Positions 1 through 8,567 of a DNA stretch of 64,000 bases are shown in pieces; within the stretch, counting starts at the first letter, position 1; every line of letters begins with the position of its first letter. The DNA is from Candidatus Sulfotelmatobacter sp. (GTDB lineage Bacteria > Acidobacteriota > Terriglobia > Acidiferrales > UBA7541): NCBI GenBank assembly GCA_035567915.1, contig DATMPA010000022.1:169072-233071 (forward strand), given 5' to 3'. The position numbers were made by a program, and so were the translations under genes. Below the pieces are notes generated by a model. The model worked only from the letters and a program-made list of their open reading frames with translations. It had not been told where the DNA came from and did not search any database.

Positions 1-2
1 CC

Positions 3-284
3 CATATCGTGCAGAGCGAGAATGCAAGGGTGAGAAATCTGCCCGATGACGCGAGCTTCCTGAAAGAAGCGATCGCGCGCCGCGCCGGTGGCAATTTCTT
101 TGGGGAAAATCTTGAGGGCGACGATGCGGCCGATGAGCGGGTCATGCGCGCGGACTACACGGCTGAAAGCGCCCGCGCCTACAGTGTCGAGAATTTCGTA
201 ACGACCGACTTTCACGTTCAAGGCCTTTCCGCGAGAGATGTCCGCAATGATGATTTTGGAGAAATGGCTGTCGGAAAGGAATGA
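3..284 (+). CDS. C-terminal fragment of a hypothetical protein; reading frame is open to the window edge
   Basis: ORF in frame 3 is open upstream of position 9 (the listed GTG at 9 is probably internal). No family recognised. Confidence 0.3.
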   Translation, partial: HIVQSENARVRNLPDDASFLKEAIARRAGGNFFGENLEGDDAADERVMRADYTAESARAYSVENFVTTDFHVQGLSARDVRNDDFGEMAVGKE

Positions 285-413
285 ATCGCAAGTCCCGAAT
301 TTGGACGTACGGACGTACTAGGACGGAGTTGCCTGTAACTATAAGAAAAATATAAGGTTACGAGCATGCTGCGTTGCAAAGGCGATTTAGTACAGGTGGC
401 GGGCCGAAGTTTC

Positions 414-1208
414 CTATTCCGTATAAAACATGAGGAGAACGCCAAGGGCGATCATCAGAAGCGGCCAAATGCGTTGGAAAACGCGCCGGGCGGGGACGGA
501 AGCGTCCGAAAGACCCTTCGAAATCCCGATACATGCGCCGATGGCAGCGTAAGAGAAATGCTGCATTTGGATACGATGCATGGCCGTCATGGCGTCTTTA
601 CCGTGCATGCCGGCGTCATGTACGTGGAAGAGCAACATCGTGGAGCCTAGAACAGCGAGCACGGGGAAAACCCAGGCGCTCCAAGCGGCGCGCAGGCTGC
701 CCTTCGCGCGGCGTAATTCGATGAGCCCTAATCCGAGAAGAATGAGCGCAAAAGTTTTGTGTTGCAGGACTTCGAGATTACCGGTGACGCCCGTCCACCA
801 GTTTTTCGGGCCGAAAGGCCAGAGCTCCGTATCGCTGAAGACGAAAACGAAAATTCCAGAAAGAAGAAAACAGAGAGGCCACGCGTAGCGAACCGCGGGC
901 CAGCGTTTGCGGAAGCGCGATTCGGTGAGAATGAAGAGTCCGGCAAGAACGACGAAAAGTCCCGCGAGATGATGATTGAATTCGCTTTCCTTTTTGTCCG
1001 CGAGGAGTTTGGCTTGGGCAGCAGGATCCGGGTTGTCATCCATGGGCATGGACATGCCGGCGTGATCGTGGTGAGCAGGGGGATTTTGCGCGAAGGAGAT
1101 TGTGGAAGGGAGACCGAAAAAAATCATGGACAACAAAAGAAACAAGGAAAACGGAATGCGAGGTTTTGAAAATACTTCAATCACGCTGGCGACCTCCGCG
1201 AGAAGCAT
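414..1208 (-). CDS. Polytopic membrane protein resembling the Caa3-type CtaG (cytochrome oxidase assembly) domain that is often fused to CopD
   Basis: Multiple hydrophobic helices. Clear paralogy to the C-terminal ~240 aa of the CopD-fusion ORF at 51610-53250 (e.g. NHHLAGLFVVLAGLFILTESRF vs NHSWAGLVVFLMGILALLARSRY; ELWPFGPKNWWTGVTGNLEVLQHK vs ENWPLGPNGFWESFAVPDVLQHR). Family assignment is from memory of CopD/CtaG fusions. Confidence 0.5.
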   Translation of the reverse strand: MLLAEVASVIEVFSKPRIPFSLFLLLSMIFFGLPSTISFAQNPPAHHDHAGMSMPMDDNPDPAAQAKLLADKKESEFNHHLAGLFVVLAGLFILTESRFRKRWPAVRYAWPLCFLLSGIFVFVFSDTELWPFGPKNWWTGVTGNLEVLQHKTFALILLGLGLIELRRAKGSLRAAWSAWVFPVLAVLGSTMLLFHVHDAGMHGKDAMTAMHRIQMQHFSYAAIGACIGISKGLSDASVPARRVFQRIWPLLMIALGVLLMFYTE

Positions 1209-1260
1209 GCTTGGCGCCAGGTGGCGCTCGAAAAGTTTGATTCAACAGAGAGTCCGAAAG

Positions 1261-1875
1261 CTACATTTTGTTTCCGAAAGGAGCGAGGGCGGGGGCTGTT
1301 TTGAGCTTTGCGGGAAAATCGTTGATGAATGATTTCATCGCCGGGTGCCAAAAGCCGTTGAAACCGAAGAAATACATTTCCTTGATGGCTTGATCGGAAA
1401 GCCAGCCATCATGCGCCATTCGATAGGTAGCAACAAAAATTCCAGTTCGATCATGGCCAAAGCGGCAGTGGACAAAAATCTTTTCGTGTTGATCTTTGAA
1501 AAGAGAAAGAAATTGGGCGACTTGGTCGTTGGATGGAGGAGCCCAGCCGCTGATGGGAATGTTGACGAAGCGAATGCTGAGCGCTTCGGCTTGTTTACGC
1601 TCCCAGGCAATTTTGTCGGAATCTTCGCCGCGAAGGTCAACGATGGTAGTGATGCCGAGAGTTTTGAGTTGTTGAAAGCCTTCGGAACGCGGTTGCGCGC
1701 CGCGAAAGAGAGAATCGTTTATTTTCCCGGCGTTGGGAACGCCGGGAAGTCTTAATTTTTGTCCATAGCGGGGAGGAGAAATAGTTGGAGAAGAATTTTT
1801 TTGGGCTTGCACGGAGAGCGGCGGAGAGGCGATGAGAACAAGAAAAAAGAGCGCAGGTGAGAGGGAAAATCTCAT
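1261..1875 (-). CDS. Secreted protein-tyrosine/dual-specificity phosphatase-like protein
   Basis: N-terminal signal peptide (MRFSLSPALFFLVLIASPPLSVQA). CX5R P-loop motif HCRFGHDRTG. Confidence 0.6.
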   Translation of the reverse strand: MRFSLSPALFFLVLIASPPLSVQAQKNSSPTISPPRYGQKLRLPGVPNAGKINDSLFRGAQPRSEGFQQLKTLGITTIVDLRGEDSDKIAWERKQAEALSIRFVNIPISGWAPPSNDQVAQFLSLFKDQHEKIFVHCRFGHDRTGIFVATYRMAHDGWLSDQAIKEMYFFGFNGFWHPAMKSFINDFPAKLKTAPALAPFGNKM

Positions 1876-1958
1876 AGAAGATTGGATGCAAAGAGTTTAG
1901 CGCGCGAAGCGGGAGAAAAAAATATGCAGAGACGGGAATGGTGACGAGAGAAAAGGCA

Positions 1959-2004
1959 CCACTAGATATAGACGTAGTACGAAAAAGTCATCCACATTTT
2001 GCGT
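1959..2004 (+). promoter_or_regulatory. Candidate tandem NrdR boxes far upstream of nrdJ
   Basis: ccACtAgATATaGacg (1959-1974) and catCcAcATtTtGcgt (1989-2004) match ~11/16 and ~10/16 positions of the NrdR palindrome acaCwAtATaTwGtgt. Centres are ~30 bp apart, as in typical NrdR box pairs. A -35-like ttgaca follows at 2011. Weak match, and ~440 bp from the start codon. Confidence 0.25.
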
Positions 2005-2120
2005 TTTTCTCTTGACAGAATTTTTACATCCGCCGATACTGCGAATCCAGATTCGGGGGAACGTGGAAGCGCCAGACGGACCCAGTCGAGGCTGTGACAG
2101 GTCCGTGTAATAAAACCCAC

Positions 2121-2139
2121 GAAACCGGCCCGGGTTTTT
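2121..2139 (+). other. Terminator-like hairpin inside the nrdJ 5' leader (possible attenuator)
   Basis: gaaACCGGcCCGGGttttt: GC stem followed by a T5 run, with no upstream plus-strand gene to terminate. Confidence 0.3.
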
Positions 2140-2440
2140 AAACGAAAAACCGAGCGCGAAGTTGATGCTTCGCACTGGCTTTTGCGGAGCAGCGGACCTG
2201 CTGTGAGGCTGATTGCTGACAAGCGGCCAATGGCAGGGCATTGCTTTTGTCGTCCCAGAACGCTGAGGATGGCAAGATTTGTCGCGCCATTTTTTTCGCG
2301 GGCGGCTTCCACGCGAGACCAGAATCTCGGAAGGTTAGACGCGGTACGTACGTGATTGGGTGCAATTTTCCCTGCGCCTCGCAGGGGAGTAAAATAAAGG
2401 GGTTCCCCGCGTGACGGGAGCCCGGTACGCGGAGGGACGG

Positions 2441-5248
2441 ATGGCAACAGTGAAGCCGGCGCTGCATGGAAAGACGCTCGAGACCAAGGCGGCCGCGGAA
2501 ACCGCGGCAGGCATTCGAACAGGACTGGTCTTTGAGCGGTTCTTTACCGATGGCAAGATGTCGCCGTTCGACGCGATGGAATGGGAAAGGCGTCCGGCGC
2601 TCATCGGCAATGAAAAGGGCGTGACGATTTTCCGCCAGGATGACGTTGAAGTGCCGAAGAGCTGGTCGCAGACGGCGACCAACATCGTCGCCAGCAAATA
2701 TTTCCACGGAAAACCTGGAACCAGTGACCGCGAAGGCTCAGTGCGCCAATTGATCGGGCGCGTGGTGAATACGATTGTGCGCTGGGGCGAGGCGGGTGGC
2801 TACTTTGCTGACAGCGCGTCGCGCGATGCATTTAAAGATGAGCTGGCGCATCTGCTCGTCGAGCAGAAGATGAGCTTCAATTCGCCGGTGTGGTTCAACG
2901 TGGGCGTGCAGCCGAAGCCGCAGTGCTCGGCGTGCTTCATCAATTCCGTGCAGGACAGCATGGAATCCATCATGGGCCTGACGCGAACAGAAGGGATGCT
3001 GTTCAAGTGGGGCTCGGGCACGGGCACGAACTTTTCGGCGCTACGCGGCAGCAAGGAGACGCTGAGCGGCGGCGGCATCGCGAGCGGCCCGGTGAGCTTC
3101 ATGAAGGGCTTTGACGCATTTGCGGGTGTCATCAAGAGCGGCGGAAAGACGCGGCGCGCTGCGAAGATGGTGATTCTGAACATCGATCATCCGGATATCG
3201 TCGAGTTTATCGAATGCAAAATGAAGGAAGAGCGCAAGGCGCACGTGCTGATCGAGCAGGGCTACGACAGCGCGATTGACGGCGACGCGTACAGCTCGAT
3301 CTTCTTCCAGAACGCGAATCATTCGGTGCGCGTGACGGACGACTTCATGCGCGCAGTTGAAGAAGACAAGGACTGGTGGACGAAGAACGTCAACGACGGG
3401 CAGCCGACCGAAAAGCTGCGCGCGCGCGATCTGATGCACAAGATTTCTGAATCCACCTGGCAGTGCGGTGACCCGGGCATGCAGTACGACACGACGGTCA
3501 ATCGCTGGCACACCTGCAAGACTACGGCGCGCATCAACGCTTCGAATCCCTGCTCCGAGTACATGTTCCTGGACGACACCGCGTGTAACCTGGCTTCGTT
3601 GAACCTGATGAAGTATGTGAACACGAGCGGGCAGTTTGACGTGGATGGATTCCGGCACGCCGTGGACGTGACCATCACCGCGCAGGAAATCCTGGTGGAC
3701 AACGCCAGCTATCCCACCGACAAAATTGCGAAGAATTCGCACGACTTTCGTCCGCTGGGCCTTGGCTACGCGAATCTTGGCGCGCTGCTGATGTCCATGG
3801 CGCGGCCGTACGATTCGGACGAAGGTCGCGACATGGCGGGCGCGCTCACCGCGCTGATGTGCGGCGAAGCGTACGCGCAATCCGCGCGTATCGCGGAGCG
3901 CATGGGTCCATTTCCGGGTTACGCGGCGAATCGCGAGCCGATGCTGGACGTGATTCGCATGCACCGCGAAGAGATCCGCGGCATTCAGCCGGATCACGTG
4001 CAGGCGGATCTCTACATGGCGGCGCAGGAATCGTGGGACACCGCGCTGGCGCACGGCGAAAAGCACGGCTACAAAAATTCGCAGGTCACCGTGCTCGCTC
4101 CAACCGGTACCATCGGCTTCATGATGGATTGCGATACCACCGGTATCGAACCGGATCTGGCGCTCGTGAAGTACAAGAAGCTAGTCGGCGGCGGCGTCAT
4201 CAAGATCGTGAACAACACGGTGCCCTCCGCGCTGATGAAGCTTGGCTACACGCCGGAACAGACGAGCGAAATCGTTTCCTACATTGATAAAGAAGGAAAA
4301 GTCGAAGGCGCGCCACACTTCAAGGCGGAGCACCTGCCCGTGTTCGATTGCTCTTTGGCACAGCCGGGCGGCCGTTCGATTTCCTGGACCGGCCACGTGA
4401 AGATGATGGCGGCGGCGCAGCCGTTCCTTTCAGGCGCAATCTCCAAGACCATCAACATGCCGGAAAATTCGACGATTGACGATATTTCGAACGCGTACAT
4501 CGAATCGTGGAAGCTGGGGCTGAAAGCTGTCGCGGTCTATCGGGACAATTCGAAGCGTTCGCAGCCGCTGAACGCCAGCTCGAAAAAGGAAGAAAAGAAG
4601 ACGGAAACTGCGACGGCGCAGGAATTGTTGCCGATGCAGCGCGAACTCTTTGCGCGTATGCAGCGGGAAAAAATGCCGGTGGAACGTACGTCCATCACGC
4701 ACAAATTCAGCGTGGGCGGCCACGAGGGCTATATCACGGTTGGCATGTACGAAGACGGCCGGCCAGGCGAGGTCTTCATCAAGATGTCCAAGGAAGGCTC
4801 CACGCTTTCCGGCGTGATGGATGGCCTGGCGCTGACCATTTCGCTTGGCCTGCAGTATGGCGTGCCAATCAAGGTTTTCGTGGACAAGCTGGTGAACACG
4901 CGCTTTGAACCGAGCGGCATCACCGCCAACCCAAATATTCGCTTCGTTTCCTCCGTACTGGATTACATCGCACGCTGGATGGGCGGGCGGTTCGTTTCCA
5001 CGGATTACTTGAAGCTGAACGGCTCCGCTCCCGTGGAAGCTGGCGCGATGGGTACCGCAATGGCGCCACCCCTTGGTGTGACTGCTAGGACCATGCCTCC
5101 GGCAATCAAGCCGGCAAGCGTGAGTTCGAATTCGATGAGCAACGCGCACGAAGGCGCCCCGACCTGCAGCGAATGCGGCATGTTGATGGTGCCAAACGGC
5201 GCTTGCTACAAATGCGAAAACTGCGGGAGCACGAGCGGATGCAGTTAA
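2441..5248 (+). CDS. nrdJ: Class II adenosylcobalamin-dependent ribonucleotide reductase
   Basis: 936-aa product with the hallmark active-site region TTARINASNPCSEYMFLDDTACNLASLNL and a C-terminal Cys-rich zinc ribbon (CSECG...CYKCENCG). ATG at 2441 is preferred over GTG at 2411 (RBS ggaggga 4 nt upstream). Confidence 0.9.
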   Translation: MATVKPALHGKTLETKAAAETAAGIRTGLVFERFFTDGKMSPFDAMEWERRPALIGNEKGVTIFRQDDVEVPKSWSQTATNIVASKYFHGKPGTSDREGSVRQLIGRVVNTIVRWGEAGGYFADSASRDAFKDELAHLLVEQKMSFNSPVWFNVGVQPKPQCSACFINSVQDSMESIMGLTRTEGMLFKWGSGTGTNFSALRGSKETLSGGGIASGPVSFMKGFDAFAGVIKSGGKTRRAAKMVILNIDHPDIVEFIECKMKEERKAHVLIEQGYDSAIDGDAYSSIFFQNANHSVRVTDDFMRAVEEDKDWWTKNVNDGQPTEKLRARDLMHKISESTWQCGDPGMQYDTTVNRWHTCKTTARINASNPCSEYMFLDDTACNLASLNLMKYVNTSGQFDVDGFRHAVDVTITAQEILVDNASYPTDKIAKNSHDFRPLGLGYANLGALLMSMARPYDSDEGRDMAGALTALMCGEAYAQSARIAERMGPFPGYAANREPMLDVIRMHREEIRGIQPDHVQADLYMAAQESWDTALAHGEKHGYKNSQVTVLAPTGTIGFMMDCDTTGIEPDLALVKYKKLVGGGVIKIVNNTVPSALMKLGYTPEQTSEIVSYIDKEGKVEGAPHFKAEHLPVFDCSLAQPGGRSISWTGHVKMMAAAQPFLSGAISKTINMPENSTIDDISNAYIESWKLGLKAVAVYRDNSKRSQPLNASSKKEEKKTETATAQELLPMQRELFARMQREKMPVERTSITHKFSVGGHEGYITVGMYEDGRPGEVFIKMSKEGSTLSGVMDGLALTISLGLQYGVPIKVFVDKLVNTRFEPSGITANPNIRFVSSVLDYIARWMGGRFVSTDYLKLNGSAPVEAGAMGTAMAPPLGVTARTMPPAIKPASVSSNSMSNAHEGAPTCSECGMLMVPNGACYKCENCGSTSGCS

Positions 5249-5281
5249 ACCAGTGAGGAAAAAGGAGACGCGAGCGACTCA

Positions 5282-5620
5282 ATGAGCGCACACGCAACGC
5301 GCACAGCACTGGCTGCCACCCCGGTTCCCGTTGCACAAAAAACGCGCGGGTTTTTACGCATCGTTCGGCATGGCGCCGGCCCCGCTTCAATCTACGTCAT
5401 CACCTATCACAAGCTAAACGTGCACGGCGCGGCGCCGAAGCCCGTCCTGGCGGAAGGCGCGGAAGCGCTGATTGATCTGCTGGAGAGAATCGGCGTGGAC
5501 TTCCGCGTGGAACAAGTGCGCGGCGCTTTGGAAGATATCCTGCGCTTTGGCTCCGCCAACATTCCGGATTTGTGGCTCAGCGATGAAGAAATGGTGGAAA
5601 AGGGACTGGTCGAGGCCTAG
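5282..5620 (+). CDS. Hypothetical small protein (112 aa) downstream of nrdJ
   Basis: ORF with an aaggaga-like RBS ~15 nt upstream. No recognisable family. Followed by an intrinsic terminator. Confidence 0.4.
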   Translation: MSAHATRTALAATPVPVAQKTRGFLRIVRHGAGPASIYVITYHKLNVHGAAPKPVLAEGAEALIDLLERIGVDFRVEQVRGALEDILRFGSANIPDLWLSDEEMVEKGLVEA

Positions 5621-5646
5621 AACACAATTCTCGATCGAACTTGAAG

Positions 5647-5676
5647 GGCCGGAGCGATGCTCGTCCGGCCTTTTGC
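5647..5676 (+). terminator. Rho-independent terminator
   Basis: GGCCGGAgcgatgctcgTCCGGCC followed by TTTTGC. Confidence 0.6.
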
Positions 5677-6368
5677 ACTGTTTGGCAAGAATGCAACTGC
5701 TGGAGAATCGTTAGGCAGAGGCGACGGTCTGGCCGCGACTTCGAAGATGCTGAATTTTTCGCCAAGTCACACGAGAAGGATAGTAGAGAAGCAGAGCCCA
5801 AAAGGCGATGGGCAATCCATACTCCAGCAATGTGGCGAAAACAATGGCGATGCTGGAAAGTGTGGCGCTCAACCCTTCGAATGCTCAGGAAAAGTTCCCA
5901 CGAGACAAATGTGGCAAGCGTGGTGGTGGCGCTAGTGTGACCGCGGGCGGAGTGGCGGTCGGGCGGCGAGTGCTCTTGGACGCATACGCAGGCGCGGACC
6001 AATCGGCGGCGGCACGGCTTGCAGTGAGCAGCCGCAACTTGGGCAGAACTCCAGGCCCGCGTTGGGGCCGGAAAGATGAGCGCGGAGCCAGTGCCCGCGA
6101 GCAGAACACTGCGGATTGATGCATTGCACGGTCCAACCGGGCAGATATTGCATGCGCGTGTTCTCCATTTTGCCGCCTTTCCCCGCAAGGGGTCCCCTGG
6201 CGGCTTGATGAACTTCAATGGCGCGCATTGTGCTGCCGCTCGTCTGTGGTGTCAAGAGAAAACGCTACAAGATATGGGGGTGCGGTTGCGGTCCTACCGC
6301 GCGGGACGTAAGATGGCAGACCAAGGAACGCGCCACCTGCAAAGCCCAAATAACGCACGGAGGAATTC

Positions 6369-7220
6369 ATGGCCAACGTGGAATTCAGTTTCGGCGGAGG
6401 GAAGCCTGTCATGCCAAATCTTGGCGCATTGAAATCGAGGTTTCTGACGATTGTGGGTGTGGTGGTACTGCTCATTCTGTTGTTGACGTCCACTACGTCC
6501 ATTCCCACGGGCCACGTCGGCGTCTTAACGCTGTTCGGCAGAGTTACCGGCGACGTATTGCCGGAGGGAATCCACCTCATCAATCCCTTGAAATCCGTGG
6601 AGAAGATGTCCATTCAGACGCAATCCCGCAAGGAAAGCGCGAACGTGCCATCTAAAGAAGGATTGATCCTTTCGCTCGATACGTCGCTACTCTTTCGCCT
6701 GGACAAGGACAAAGCGGCGCAAGTATTCCAGACCGTGGGCAGCGATTACGCGGAAAGGGTTGTTGAACCGGAGCTTCGCTCGGCCATCCGGGGAGCTACC
6801 TCTGCGCATTCTTCGAACGACCTTTACACAAATGGCCGCGAAATCGTGCAGCAGCAGATCGAAAGCGATTTGCGCACGCAATTGACGCCACGTGGTGTGA
6901 TTGTCGAAGCCGTTCTTCTGCGCGATGTGCAACTGCCTGCTCTGCTGAAAGCCTCCATTGAAGCCAAGCAACAAGCAGAACAGGACGCGCTTCGTATGAA
7001 CTTCATTCTGCAAAAGGAAAGGCAGGAGGCTGAACGCAAGAGCATCGAAGCAAAAGGCATCTCCGATTTTCAGAAAATCGTGGCACAGGGGATCAGCCCG
7101 CAATTGCTCGAATGGAAGGGAATCGAAGCGACAGAGAAACTCGCGGCGAGTCCAAATACAAAGATTGTAGTCATTGGCAACACGAAGAATGGATTGCCGC
7201 TGGTGCTGGAGCCGAAGTAG
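6369..7220 (+). CDS. SPFH/Band-7 family protein, prohibitin/HflC-like
   Basis: N-terminal TM helix, SPFH core, C-terminal coiled coil (EAKQQAEQDALRMNFILQKERQEAERKSIEAKGISDFQKIV). RBS ggagg 6 nt upstream of the ATG. Confidence 0.75.
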   Translation: MANVEFSFGGGKPVMPNLGALKSRFLTIVGVVVLLILLLTSTTSIPTGHVGVLTLFGRVTGDVLPEGIHLINPLKSVEKMSIQTQSRKESANVPSKEGLILSLDTSLLFRLDKDKAAQVFQTVGSDYAERVVEPELRSAIRGATSAHSSNDLYTNGREIVQQQIESDLRTQLTPRGVIVEAVLLRDVQLPALLKASIEAKQQAEQDALRMNFILQKERQEAERKSIEAKGISDFQKIVAQGISPQLLEWKGIEATEKLAASPNTKIVVIGNTKNGLPLVLEPK

Positions 7221-7253
7221 AGAAGCGCCGCTCTTTGGCGGTTCTTGTGCAAT

Positions 7254-7922
7254 CTAATTCTTGGGAGGTTCGATCGGTTTACCTGTGTCCGGAGAAATAC
7301 CTGCCTTCAGCAGTAGTTCTGCCACTTGCTTCTTGAGATCCTCGAGCGAAACCTGTTTGTCACCGATCATTTTTTGCAGTTCGTCGAGCTTTGCTTTGCC
7401 ATCTGCGTCGCGCGTGTAATCTGGATTCGAATAGTACGAATCGGAATCGAGCGCCAGCTCGCGCTTCAGTACATCGAGTTCGGCTTGCAGCTGCGCGAGC
7501 ATTTCCTTTGCTTTCGCCGCTTCCGCGGATTGTTCTTTCTTCTCTCCAGCGCTAAGAGCAGGTTGTGCCGGAGCACTGGTGGAGGCAGCTGAATCCGCTG
7601 CTTTTGCGGGGGCGGCCGGGAGAGCTGCAGCAGCCTCGGTGGACCTAGCAGGAGCCGAGGTGATTACAGTGCCTGCGGGCGGTGTGGCCCCGGTATCTGC
7701 AGACGCTGGACGCAAACTAATCGTGTCGTTCGTGATTACGCGGGTGTCCTTCGCGGAATTTTTCTTTTGCTCTTTTGCTTTTCGGGCGGCTTCCGCAACG
7801 GAGGACGCCGTATTGTCCTGCGATTGCGCTCGCAAAGCCGAAGGCAGGGCTCCGATGGCTAGCAGAGCCGCAATCGAGCAAATCCAAAGCGTTCGCGTGT
7901 TATAGAAACTAGGTGTTTTCAT
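7254..7922 (-). CDS. Secreted Ala/Ser/Thr-rich coiled-coil protein, hypothetical
   Basis: Signal peptide MKTPSFYNTRTLWICSIAALLAIGALPSALRA. Low-complexity A/P/S/T region then a coiled coil. Start placed at the internal ATG 7922; the ORF track extends to 7979. Confidence 0.5.
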   Translation of the reverse strand: MKTPSFYNTRTLWICSIAALLAIGALPSALRAQSQDNTASSVAEAARKAKEQKKNSAKDTRVITNDTISLRPASADTGATPPAGTVITSAPARSTEAAAALPAAPAKAADSAASTSAPAQPALSAGEKKEQSAEAAKAKEMLAQLQAELDVLKRELALDSDSYYSNPDYTRDADGKAKLDELQKMIGDKQVSLEDLKKQVAELLLKAGISPDTGKPIEPPKN

Positions 7923-8567
7923 GGTTGTTCTCTGGTTAGGCTGAAACTGCAGGATACGCCCCGGGCGTGCGGCGCGCAATCACCCGAAAGGTCAGGTCTA
8001 CTTATGAATTAAGGGGAGCAACGAGAGCCATTTCTGGTGATTCCGAGTCTCCGGTCATACTTGTTTGGGGCCATTGCAACCGGGATAATCCGCCTTTGAG
8101 AAAATCGCCGACGCGAGTTCTTCCTCGATTGCTTGTCCTATCTCTTGCGCTTTTCTTTTACTTCCCGTTTATCTCTCCTCTTCAAACTTACGCGCAAGAA
8201 ACAACGGTTTCTCCCACTCCCAAGACAGATCAGGGCGCCGCTTACGTTTTTCACCGAACCGGGCACCACAAGCTCGAACGCTGGACGTCCATCATCCATA
8301 TCAGTGCAACGACCGCGGGGGTTGTACACAACTACTCGTTAAAAACCGCACATCCTCCGCCAACTACCACTCCTTAGCTTCCTTCGCTGCCTGGCTGCTT
8401 TCCCATCTCGATTTCGCGCATCTAATAGAGCGTGCCTTCGAGCTCGCACTGGCAGCTCGAATCACTAAAGTTGCAGGCCATTCTTATGTGCTGCATACTC
8501 GCGGCACGTTCTGGAGTTGGCGGCTCTGGCCGCAAGGCCTGATTAAATTAAAGAAGAGGGGGATCGT

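Noticed and set aside
2040-2440. Possible cobalamin riboswitch in the nrdJ leader
   Set aside because: No recognisable B12-box (…GCCACTG…) or conserved riboswitch core found. B12 repression of a B12-dependent RNR would also be functionally odd.
2138-2707. 189-aa and 161-aa minus-strand ORFs overlapping the nrdJ leader/start
   Set aside because: Antisense, Arg/Ala/Pro-rich high-GC artefacts with no RBS and no homology. Overlap a confidently called gene.
3041-4066. 341-aa minus-strand ORF inside nrdJ
   Set aside because: Antisense to a highly conserved gene. Arg-rich composition typical of spurious ORFs in GC-rich DNA.
5621-6368. RNase P RNA / tmRNA / SRP RNA / 6S RNA in the non-coding gap
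   Set aside because: Could not find the conserved signatures (GGAAAGTCCGGGCTCC, tmRNA GGGGCTGATTCTGGATTCGAC, SRP domain IV GGAA tetraloop context). The region remains unassigned.
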